Positions 28,269-64,000 of a stretch of DNA of 64,000 bases are shown piece by piece. The position numbers and the translations under genes are program-made. The DNA comes from the human T2T-CHM13v2.0 reference genome, Homo sapiens, in assembly GCF_009914755.1 (NCBI RefSeq), contig NC_060941.1; one strand, written 5' to 3'. Within the stretch, counting starts at the first letter, position 1, and the number at the start of each line of letters is the position of its first letter. The notes beneath the pieces are model-generated. The model was not told the DNA's origin. It worked only from the letters and a program-made list of their open reading frames with translations, and did no database searches.

Positions 28269-31200
28269 TCACCCAGGAGGGGGCCCCAGGAAACACCTCT
28301 TGGCCAGCTGCAGAGTCAGTACAATTGGTGCAGCCAGTGCGGCCTGTCAGACTCTGTGGGGGAAACCAGGCCCGCCTTGGCCTGCTCAGGCCTGAGGCAT
28401 CCTCCCAACCTGTGGGAGGTGGCTTCCTTCCATTGGGTCACATCTGGGAACTTGGTTTAGAATTAGTCTCAGGTTGCGATCCCCTTCCTGGCTCCAAGAT
28501 CATGACTCATTCTTTTTTCTCTCTGCTTCAACCATCGAACAAGTCCCAGTCAGCAGCTCCCGCCTCAGAGGGTTGTTATAAGGACTCAGGCAAGAGCAGT
28601 AAAGCACAGGGCGCTGGGCTGGCATACAGCAAGAGGCGAGGGGCAAGGAATTGCCCCGGTCAGCTGTGCCCCCTCCTGCTAGAGTCCAGCACTACCAGGG
28701 CTCCAGTCACACTGGCAGTGCCCCATGGGTCACATGCCCCACTAGCCTTCCTACTCGTTACTTCATTGATCTAAAGCAAGGTCTGTCTCTTCTGCAAGCC
28801 CACAGACCCTCTCCCATGCCCCAGGCCCTGCCCTTGGGAGCTCCTAGTCTGATGGAGGAGGTGAGGTACAAACTGTCACATCAGGCCAAGGCAGGAGGGA
28901 GGAGAGAGGGGACAGGTGCTTGCCCTCAGCTGGCCCTCTAGTGTGGACCTGTGCACCTCCCAAGTGCTCACCAGAGAGCCCTCCTGCCCCCGCGATCTTC
29001 TTCTTGCCCTTTAGTGACTTTACTAGCAGATCAGAGAGGCCAAGCCCTTGCTCAACGTCACACGGTCAGAAGTGGTGCCAGACCCCCAGGCCAGCTCTCC
29101 AAGTCCCCGAACTGAGTTTTCTTCAGCCTTGCTAAAGGCAGAGGACTGAGAGCTTCCTTGGTCAGGAGAGTCCTCATCTCTGGACCACACATGTACACAT
29201 GTGTACATATACACATGCACACATGTGCACAAACTCCTGGCCTGCCTCAGCCTCTGGTACAGTGTGGGGCCACTGCAGTTTGAGCCAGAACCCTCCTCCC
29301 TGCACACCCTCAGTGTTCTCATGAAAATAGGGCCAAGGACCTCATTCTCAGGAAGCCCTGGGAGCAGAAGCAGGCCCTTCAGGCCCCGCACTTTGGCCAG
29401 TCCCTGCTGTCTCAGTTGGGGCCGTTGGAGCTGAGCAGATAAAGAGATCTAATCAGGCCTGTGGCCAGCAGCTCCACCATGGACGGTTCTTGTGAAAGCA
29501 GAAGCTTGAAGTTTTGAGCTGGCCAGGGGAGGGTAGGCAGGTGTGGAGGATATTGGGTATTGCAGCTGAAAGATGCCCAGGAAGGAAAGCTCCCTCATGG
29601 TCTAGGGGCTGGATACTGACCAGGCAGGGCCAGGCCTGCCACAGCATCCACTGACCCAGGGCTGGCCTGGCCCCGAAAGAACAATGCCCCTGACAAAAGG
29701 CACTGAATCCTGACGGATGTACAGGCACAATCCATTCCCTGACTCAAGAGCCAGCCATGAAAATCAAGGTGAGAGCAAATGCATTCATTCCACAAATACA
29801 TATTCAGCCTCTGCCAGGTATTGTGTTAGGTAATGAGGTTACAGTGAGCATCAAAACAGGCACACACCTGTTTTCTGTGACACTCACAGACCTGCAGGGA
29901 CTGGAGCTTAGTCAAATCCAACCCTAGAGATATGTGTTTAATGATGTTACTCTCTAGGAAGGGAGCTACAAAAGTAAGGAATGGGAAGGACCAGACTGTG
30001 GAGGTGGGACAGAAAAGCTCTCTGTGGATAAGACCCAGAGGATGAATAAGAGTTGGCCAGGCAAACAGACGGAAGAGGCTTCATGGTTATGACCCAAAAC
30101 AGGAAGGAAATAGGCCTGTTTTGGGGACTGTAAGCCAGTGGGTTCAGAGGGCAGAGGAATAGAGGGTGAGGGGATGGGACACTGGAGAGGAAACTGGCAG
30201 GTGCCAGACTGTGCAAATCCCTGCGGGTTCCCTTTCCTTAGGAGCAACTGCAGCAGAGGCGACTGGATGTTTACAGGACCAGTGGTGCCAGATCTCCCAA
30301 GGCCTCATACTCCCATAGCCACCAGGGAGGGAGGGACAGCAGCAACCAGAGGGCCGGCTGGTCAGGGCCCTCTTCCCCAAAAACACCTCTACCTTCTCTG
30401 TCCCCTTCATTCCCAGTCTCCAAGCAGCCTTGTTTTCTCCTGTCGCCCCAAGAGCAGTCTTTCTGGTGGGTCTCATTACAAACATTTCCTCCTGTGTAGC
30501 TTGGTCTTGGACATTTCTTTTGCCCATTTCCCTTTCTGGAGAAGAGCTCTCCCACACAACTCCCAAGCCTCTGAAGTCCAACCAGGTCCCAGGCCTGTAG
30601 GGAGCCTGGCCCAGGCCCAGCAGCGGGTTCTGGACTCCACTTATTGAGGGAAGAGCTCACACAGGCCTTGAAGGGAGCCGGGCTTCCCACATGCCCAGCC
30701 CTGGGAGGTGTCCCAAGTGATGTCCCCAGCAGGTGGCCTCCATGTCCAGTGGGTTGTCCATCCTCACCTCCCTTGGACAGCACCCGCTCTAACCACCCAC
30801 CTGGCCAGCCTTGCAATGGAGATGGCCTCAGGACCCACTTGGTGCCCACCCTAAGGCTCTTCGTTCTCTACATCACCTCGTGGTGGCACCCCCACCCCTG
30901 CCCCACCCCACCCACCTGGCTTATCAAGGTCAAAACCCTGGGAGTGGCTGAACTGCCATCTGGAGAAGGAAGGAGATTTGGGATGTGGGGAGGGAAGGGG
31001 ACCTGTCTTCCTTTCCAGGGTGAAAAAGGGTGTGTGGACTCACAGAGTTAGTCTGTGACGTGGTTCACTCATGTTCCACAAACATTTCTGAGCGCTGGCC
31101 CTGGGCCCAACCCTGTGGTGGGTACAAGGTATGCAGCTGTAAATGAGACCAGGACTGGGGATCAGTGGCCAGTCCAGGAGACGGACACGGTGACAGCATG

Positions 31201-32731
31201 CCTTCAGTACAGCACAGTATGTGTTGAGGGAAGTATCAGCATCAGGTGCCCCACAGACAAAAATGGGGTGTCTAATTCAGATCATATCTGGGGAGTGAAA
31301 AGGAAAGGGATGAGAGAAGGCTACCTGGAGAAAGTAATGACGCGGCTCAGTTGGGAAGATGAGTAGAAGTTAATCAGGCAAAGGGAACACGTGCAAGGAC
31401 CCAGGGGAGAGGGGAACACGGTGCATCAGAAACCTTCGGGGGATGAAGCTGGAGTGTGGAGGAAGGGTGGTGGAAGAGGTGAGGGCAGAGGCTGGAGAAG
31501 TCCTCCAGGGCCTAGGAAGCCATGGAAGGATTTGGAGTTCCCTGTACTGCTGCTGAAGGAATATCATGAATAGACCCCACAGACTGTGACCCTGCCCACT
31601 AGGACCCTGGACGGGCTGGGCTCATCCCAGGACACCCATGAGCAATTCCTTCTCTACCTCCAGTGCTCTCCTCTTCCCTCTCCCTGGGAAACCAGAGTGT
31701 GTTGAAGGCGGGGTGGGGCAAGGGTATGGAAGGACACGAAAGCCTCCCAACTTGTCACTTAGCAAAGGTAATTAGACGGGACAAATGCCAGTACCAAGGA
31801 CAGGGCAGAGGAAGCCACCCGTTCCAGGGCAGAAAATAAGGGGTTCGTCATCTATAGGAAGTTTACAAGAAATAACAACACAGATAAAAGGTCAGGCTGC
31901 TTACGATGATCACCATGCAGGGGCAAGTTTACATAATTTCAGAGCTCAAATCCTGCTCCCCAAAGAAATCTTGTGTTGGTCTAGATTCTAAACCATTGCT
32001 GTGATTACCATTGGGCTTAGTAATATGTGGAAGCTTCAAGTTAATGCACTTTTATTGCTTATCCTTTAAGAAGCACTGTCTTCCATGTGGAAGTTGGTTG
32101 GGAGAATTCCCAGTCATACAGTGGCTCGCTTGGCTGAGTATGTTCCCTCTGAGGATGGGCTGATGGCTCAGATTCCTCTGAGCGGTCTTTGGTGCAACGT
32201 GCGCCTCCTGCCCCTGTTAGCACTGTAGATTCTTGCATTTAAACAGCTCGTTCGATATAAACAATGATAGCACAGTGATTGTAAAGATGAGGAGACAGAA
32301 CTTGATTTTTAAGTGCAAATTTTACTTCATACATGAAATATTGTACTGAATTTGAATAATTACTTTAAGATCTAATTTATTCTTCTAAGTTTGTAATTGT
32401 TCATTTTAAAACTAATGAATGGATCAAGAAGACAGAAAATGTAATGACATATTAAATATTAAAACTACAAATATGTATGTAGATTTCCCCTTTATTTAAA
32501 ATGCATTCATGTAATTTAAAAGTATTAATTCATTATACTTTTCTTTTGTATATTATTTATTTGTTTATTTTGTTATGTCTCTACTGGCATGATTATACAT
32601 AAAATTCACTAAAAGAGAACTTTTACATATTTCTTTGTTGGCCATTATTATGACTTGCTTCATTTAACGAGTATTACTAAAAATTATTTTGTTGTGTAGA
32701 GGAGGGGGTATCAAAAAATAATCTGTTCCCA

Positions 32732-33010
32732 GGCCAGGTGCAGTGGTTCACACCTGTTACCCCAGCACTTTGGGAGGCCGAGGCAGGCAGATTGCCTGAG
32801 GTCAGGAGTTTGAGACCAGCCTGGCCAACATGGCGAAAACCCATCTCTACTAAAAATACAAAAATTAGCTGGGCATGGTGGGGGGTGCCTGTAGTCCTAG
32901 CTACTTGGGAGGCTGAGGCAGGAGAACCACTTCAACCCAGGAGGCAGAGATTGCAGTGAGCCAAGATTGCGCCACTGCACTCAGCCTGTGTGACACAGCA
33001 AGACTCTCTC
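32732..33010 (+). mobile_element. Alu (AluS-like), tail replaced by a microsatellite
   Basis: Alu body runs directly into (CT)n(TA)n(TG)n. Confidence 0.92.
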
Positions 33011-33016
33011 TCTCTC

Positions 33017-33093
<77 letters not shown>
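33004..33093. repeat. Compound (CT)n(TA)n(TG)n microsatellite
   Basis: Direct read. Confidence 0.95.
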
Positions 33094-33095
<2 letters not shown>

Positions 33096-34350
33096 TTCCA
33101 GTGTCAGATACTCCAGGTTGCTACTGCACAACACTTAATGCTAAGGAAAATCTTGCCAATGAAATCCCAGTGGGCACGATGAAAAGCCCACGAGGGGGAC
33201 ACAGAGGGCAGGGGGCCCTTGCCTACACTCCTCTTCTTGTCCCTGCATGTGGTTGGCCCTGACCAGAGGGAGGAAAAAGCAGATGTCGACGTGGACCACT
33301 GTGAGACATGGCGAGCACCCTGCATGTCACCTGCCCCATAGTGGGGGCCAGAGCTGGAGAGGGTGGGTGGGGTCCAGGCTGGAAAGCCCCTGGAGAGGGG
33401 CTAGAGAGGTCTCTGTCACTTCATCACGTTCACTCCGTCTCCAGTGGCCCCGTATCTGGCACGCCCACTCTGACATGAGGAGGAGTGCTTGGAGAGCCTC
33501 GGTCTGAACAGCCCTAAACTTGGAGGCCTCCCTTCCAGGCGCCCAGCCCTGAAGGGTCTGCAAATCCCTTGCACTCACTGCCTCCACCCTTCAGGCCAAT
33601 GGCAATTGCTGCCTTTGACAGACAGCCTCAAGGGACCTCAATAAAGGAAGCAACAATAGGGCAGAAAAACAAGGTATGTTCAACAACACTGTTGAGCGCC
33701 TGCTATGTGTCAGGAATGATGTCTGCGAGGTAGACTAGGAATGACCTCCATCTGACAGTGAGGAGGTGGGCTCAGAGGTTGAGGAGCCTGCCCAAGTGGA
33801 TGACGGTGCTAGAATGGGGACCAAGTTCAGCTTGTAGCCACCTCCCTGTACTGCTCTCAAGGAGCTCCCGCCTGCTAAGTGCTGTGGCTATGGCACCAAG
33901 CCCAGCTTGTGGGGTGACTCAGAAATGGCTTCCCAGAGGGACCTGCTAGGAAGAGGAAGCTTCCGGCAGAATTAGGAGCTGCTTGGAAGGAGAGAAAAGG
34001 TGGGGGTTATATGTGGAAGGTTAGGATGATTGGAGCCTAGGGGCAGGGTCCTGTGGGGGAAACGTGGCAGAAAGTAGGCTAAGGAGACATCCAGAGCCAG
34101 AGTCCAGGAGAGCCAGGCAGCAGGCTCTCATCACCACCCCGAGCAACCAATAGGTCCAAATCCCCAAGAGATCAGCCACCATGGCAGGGCTGGGCTTAGA
34201 GCCTAGGTTTCTGTCTCAGGCTTGTCCCAATAACCCACGGCAGCCCATGGCTGTGGAGAAACCCTTGCACTGCTCACTATTGTTGAAGAACTAGAGTACC
34301 CTCTGCAGGGAGAGCAGAGCTCACTCTGAGTGCTGGGGACCCTGGAAGTA

Positions 34351-34940
34351 CAGCAATCCAGGATACATGCACCCCATCCTGGCTCCAACCTGGGTTACAT
34401 ACACCCCACCCCAACTCCAACCTGGAGTATATGCATCCCATCCCAGCTCCAACCTGCGGTACATACATCCCACTCCAATTCTATCCTGGGTTACATACAC
34501 CATACCCCAGCTCCAACCTGGAGTACATACATCCCACCCCAACTCCAACCAGGGGTACATACGCCCCACCCCGACTCCTACCTGGGGTATATACACCCCA
34601 CTCCAACTCCAACCTGGGGTACATACATCCCACCCCAATTCTATCCTGGGTTACATACACCCCACCCCAACTCCAACCTGGGGTACATGCACCCCACCCT
34701 GCCTCCAACCTAGGGTACATACAGCCCACCCCAACTCCAACCTGGGTTACATACACCCTACTCTGGCTCCAAGCTATGGTACATACACCCCACCCTGGCT
34801 CCAACCTAGGGTACATACACCCTACTCCAACTCCAACCTGGGTTATATACACCCCACCCTGGCTCCAAGCTGTGGTACATACACCCCATCCAGCTCCAAC
34901 CTGGGGTACATGCATTCCACCTGGCTCCACCCGGGGAGCA
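34351..34940. repeat. 32-bp minisatellite, 17 clear units plus degenerate ends
   Basis: Consensus CTCCAACCTGGG(G/T)TACATACACCCCACCCCAA; unit starts every 32 nt from 34383 to 34863, last two units 31 nt. Confidence 0.95.
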
Positions 34941-35642
34941 CCTGGCTCCCTGAGGGCCGGGAGGTGACACACAGCTGAGGAGTGCTGTGTGATTTATATA
35001 ATCTCTCTCCTCCATGAGGCTCCCTGTCCCCATCTCACAGGTTTGGAAACAGGTCCATGGAGGGGTGTGATTTACCCAGTCACTCAGTGGGTCAGCATCA
35101 AGGAACCCAGTGTGCTTTCAGCTCCTACACAGTGACTTCTACCCAGGCCCCCCGTCACAGGAGAGGGGCCTCCGCTAAAGATAAGGAGATAAGATTAGGA
35201 GGGCTCAGGCCATCAACTGGAGCTTGTGAAAGGGGTTGCCGAAGAGAGGTGGTTGTTTCAAGAGCAACGGTTGGGCTGGTAACATTGCTGTGGGAGGAGG
35301 AGGCTGTGGAAGGCACCGGGCAGGGTTTCGGTAGGGTGTGGGGGTGGGGGAGGAGAAAGGACACTTGGAACAGCCTCCCTGGGAGTCTGGAGCAGGCACG
35401 GGGTCCACACTGAAGAAGGAATGGACGTGTCCTCCTGAAGAAGGGGCGAGGACACGCAGGCTGCTGGCCACAGTGGTGGTGACTCTGGAACTGTCTCAGG
35501 GATGAGCATGTGCTCTCCAGGCAGCCGGGATGAGGTCAGAGGCAAAGGATGAACCTGGCTCATCCAGGGCAGGGAACTACAGGAGGAAGGCTTAGGTGCA
35601 GAGAGGGTGGGCCCTGGCAGAAGGCCGACTGGGATGCACTCT

Positions 35643-35688
35643 GCACTTAAGGTGGAAATGGAGGCGCACTTAAGGTGGAAATGGAGGC
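35643..35688. repeat. Perfect 23-bp tandem duplication
   Basis: GCACTTAAGGTGGAAATGGAGGC x2. Confidence 0.95.
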
Positions 35689-36469
35689 TCACCCAAGGTC
35701 ACGAAGCTAGTGACAGGGCTGGATTCAATCCAGGCCAATCAGACCCTGGTGCAGCACACTGCCTCTAAAGAAGCTACTTCTCACCAAGCCCAATAGGAAC
35801 TCATAATTGAAATCTACTTCTCAGAGTAAACCTACTACTGATTGGCACCTAAGAAACTCCAAGAGAATAAAGCCCATGGCGGGCGCTTACTTTTAGGCTC
35901 TGCAGCAGCTCACTGGGCTGGGTGTTTTACCTGTGACATCTCGCCATGTCCCCAAAATGGCCCCATGAGGGATTTCACTGCCAGGCCCTGCCTCAGTCAC
36001 AGCCTCACACTCTCCCTGGCACCTTGGAGGGAGTGAGTAGGGCTAGGGGATAAGGAGAGGGGCCAAATCATTCATCACAGATCATTCATTCACTCAACAA
36101 ACACCTGCTAAGCACATACTAAATGCTGGGCTTTGAGCTGGGTATGGGGGGTGTGTATAACAGTAAGGCAGATTCAGTTTCTGCCCTGTTGCAGGAGGAG
36201 AGGCACCCTTCCAATCATCTGGCCCAACTCTCATTCTAGGGATGTGAAAACTGAGGCCTGGAGAGGGAAAGTGGCTTGCCCAAGGCCATGCAGCCAGGCG
36301 GTGGCGACTGAGGTGCACCGCTCCTGTCAGCCAACAAATATCCATTGAGCGACACCTGTGTCCCAGGTGCTGCTCTGGGCCCTGGGAGAAGTGCATCAGT
36401 GGGCTTGGTAGTAGAGGGTAGGGATGGAGTGAAGGGTAGGCAGGAAGAATGTCCCCAGGCTGGTAGGAG

Positions 36470-36640
36470 GTGGGGTGGGGGGTTTCAGTCTCAAAACTCC
36501 CATGAAAACCAGAGAGAAGTTTCAGAACTCCACCCAAGAGGCTGGGTTTCTAGGGCCCAGAGCTGCCCTCCCCCACCCTAGAATGGGCTATAAAAGTCCC
36601 TTCCCAGCTACGTCCAGAGAAGAGCTGGAGGAAGTGAGAG
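36470..36640 (+). promoter_or_regulatory. EPX: EPX core promoter
   Basis: TATAAAA 36589-36595; CACCC/GT boxes at ~36472 and ~36571; ETS/PU.1-type GAGGAAGTG 36628-36636. Confidence 0.8.
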
Positions 36641-36739
36641 GTCGGCTGGGGGTCCTCAAAGTGAGAGGGGAGCAGAGGATCCTCCCGTGCAGGCTGTGGA
36701 TGTCACTCACTTCCCAGCTGGTGAAGCCTCGCTGCAGAG

Positions 36740-48310
<11,571 letters not shown>

Positions 48311-48622
48311 GGCTTCTGCAGGTAAGGGGAGGCCACCTCCAGCACCCTGGGCTGGGTTAAGCCCTCACATCCTTCCCTGGATGGATGGCTGAGTCCTCTT
48401 AGGTCTCTAAGCAGAGAAAACAGAACTTGTCACTAGGTACTCTTTCCAAGTGGCTTCCCAATGTGCTAGTTTCTGGGCTGACAGTCAATTCCAGGCCCTA
48501 GGACTTTGGGGGGAAATTAGGAGCATCCAACTATCCTCAGCTTGGTCACTAATACCTGAAAACAGCTCCATTTCTAAACATCCAGTAAATTCCTGACTTA
48601 TCCAGTTCTGTTACTTCCACAG

Positions 48623-49066
48623 GAGTCTATCCCAAGTCTCCAACTTTTGGAGACAAGGGGAAGGGGAGGACCATGAGGCTGCCTTGTCTCCCTGGAGCAA
48701 GTGCAGGCTGCTGACGCTTCTGCTGGCTACAGCTCAGAGCTGGGTTCCCCAGCCAGGAGTGAAGGCTGGGGGCTCCTATCAGCAATGGACCTTCCCGCCT
48801 TGGGAGCCTCTTAGGTATTAGGCTATGAATCAGCGCCACGTGCAAAGGCTTGGGAGCCAAGCCATGTGGTCTTGCACCCCAGGCAAGAAAAGTCAGCTGG
48901 AGGGTTTACAGCACTTTCTACTGTTTCCCAGCCCTCCCTCCCCTCCCTCACCATGACTAAGAGACCACTCGGTCCTAGCCTCCAGACACCCCACAATACT
49001 CCTCTGAGCCTGAGGCCAGGCAGCATGCTCTGCTTCTACCAATAAAGCACTGCTAAGGGCAGGGGC
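48623..49066 (+). other. EPX: EPX non-coding terminal exon (3'UTR)
   Basis: Donor CAG|GTAAGG at 48321/2; acceptor TTACTTCCACAG ending 48622; AATAAA 49041-49046. 3' end approximate. Confidence 0.75.
49041..49046 (+). terminator. EPX: EPX polyadenylation signal
   Basis: AATAAA followed by GT-rich GCTGTTTCTGTGTT. Confidence 0.85.
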
Positions 49067-49965
49067 TGCTGTTTCTGTGTTGGGCTAGGGAAGACGTGGC
49101 CTCAGTTCCATGCTTTGCTCCAGATGTTTAAGAGAAGTGCTGTTAACACGCAAGCTGGCACAACCATCTAAGCCTCTCCTGGGGGCTGAATTAGGAGAGC
49201 CCAAAGAAACACTGTGGAGTAGGGAAAGGCAGAAAAGGGGAAGGGCAGACATGGTAGGGGCCCCGACATTAAGAACACCCTAGCCATATCAGCAACCTGA
49301 GCAGACAAACAGCCAACAGAACATCAGTCAAAATAAAAGGGGTTTATGTAACAAAAAACAAAAAAACAAACAAACAAAAAAACACAGTAAAAGATACCAC
49401 CCAGCTAGCAGAAAGGACTCAGCACTGCCTTCAGCCTTCACTTACTCAGAAATAACTCATATCTCAACCTCAGCAAGCCCCAAGCAGTAGAATGAGGCTT
49501 CCCTGGAAAGAGGCTGAGACTCACAGGCTGGGGATTTAAGACCCTCTCACCATCCACCTTCCTTCCTTCTTTGGTCTTGGAAGATGAAAGGCTCCATTTT
49601 TAAAGGGTGGAGAACAGCAGATCCCCTGCTACTGTGAGACAAGCCAGAAAAGTGAGTCAAGGCCAGACTCACTATGGGGTCACCCCAAACAGCTTCAGAT
49701 CAAAAAGCCTGCCTTGCTGTGATGCCCATTGACAGTGGCTGCAAATATAAAGGGGGGGCCACAGGGTCTCTGGCTTTATTTCCACAGGGTAGGGAGAAGA
49801 CCCTGCAGAAGGCTAGGCAGAGGGGCCAGCCGGGAATTTCCCAGCTTTTCTGGTTCTCAGCAGACCAACGTGGTCTCTAATCAGAAAGACAAAGAGGCAG
49901 GAGAGCACTGGCCTCAGATATCCCCCATCTTGTCCTCTTGCACTGTGGGCCAGGGCTGCTGTGAG

Positions 49966-63342
<13,377 letters not shown>

Positions 63343-63365
<23 letters not shown>

Positions 63366-63392
63366 TGCAAATGAGGAAACTGGCACAGCCAT
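63343..63392 (-). CDS. MKS1: MKS1 alternative first coding exon (MAVPVSSFAQRTRSRF-), giving a 549-aa isoform
   Basis: ATG at 63392-63390, 50 nt to CG|GTGAGC, same phase (2) as exon 1, so it joins exon 2 in frame. Confidence 0.7.
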
Positions 63393-64000
63393 CAGCCCAC
63401 TTCATATAGACAGATAGATGCAGAAATGATGACGGGGACCAGGTGGCCTGAGTCTTCGCCCTCTACCTTTTCCACCATGCCACACTGCCTTCCACCCAAC
63501 GCGTGAAAACTTTGGCCTGAAAATCGGGTGATGTGACTGTAAGAAATGCACCCATTATTCCCAAAGGAGTCAGGGAAGGTGATGGCCCTTAGCCAGACAA
63601 GAAAATATATTCTTGGAAGACAAAAAAAGTGTCAGAAGATTTATTAGTCTTTGTGTTGATATTCACTGAGCAAAGAAAGAAAAAACAAGGAAGTCAACAG
63701 TAAGGAAGGAAACGATGTTATTATTGAACTGATTCTTACCTTGTGTATGTTAGTTTTGGATCATTAAGCCACTTTGTTACTGCACTGGCTTCCTGAAAAG
63801 CCAAAAAAGTGACATTCACAAGTCATGCTTCGTTGTACTAGCAAAGGAAGGACATGCTGTAACCTCACGTCTGGCGTCCCGGCACTTTGGGAATGTCAAC
63901 ATTTATCAGCCTTGTTCACATCTAGTCCTCCTCCAACAAAGTAAGCAATTGTCCCCTGAACTCGGGAATCTCATGCCAGTTTGATGATTTGGCATTGGAA

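Noticed and set aside
31990-33126. AT-rich stretch possibly an old hAT DNA transposon split by an Alu
   Set aside because: Family and boundaries cannot be established by eye.
34351-34940. CRISPR-like array, or a Pro/His/Thr-rich protein from the long ORFs in several frames
   Set aside because: Units are contiguous 32-mers with no unique spacers and no cas genes; the ORFs are by-products of a stop-poor repeat.

Overview
Human (primate) genomic DNA, recognisable from its proteins as the chr17q22 peroxidase-cluster neighbourhood. Left to right: the processed MSX2 pseudogene MSX2P1 (824-3011, with poly(A) and target-site duplication); olfactory receptor OR4D2 (+, CDS 13548-14471); a repeat-rich spacer; eosinophil peroxidase EPX (+, 12 coding exons summing to 2148 nt / 715 aa, plus an intron in the 3' UTR); and the ciliopathy gene MKS1 (-, 18 exons summing to 1680 nt / 559 aa, plus an alternative first exon), converging tail-to-tail on EPX. 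Exon boundaries were read from GT/AG sites and checked for phase. About 20 Alus (one AluYa5), a truncated SVA, several LTRs and old L1 fragments are present. There is no CRISPR array or prokaryotic-type system, and I cannot support a wholly new gene system. The most unusual structures are: an ERV 3' LTR with its polypurine tract bracketed by a perfect 32-bp direct repeat in EPX intron 10; a 32-bp minisatellite with higher-order structure beside a triple GATA site upstream of EPX; a sense-oriented SVA poly(A) signal just upstream of MKS1 exon 12; a tandem duplication that copies the MKS1 exon 6 donor in inactivated form; a ~205-bp duplication between two MKS1 introns; and two RFX X-boxes at MKS1. 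Repeat subfamily names are from memory and need RepeatMasker/Dfam confirmation.
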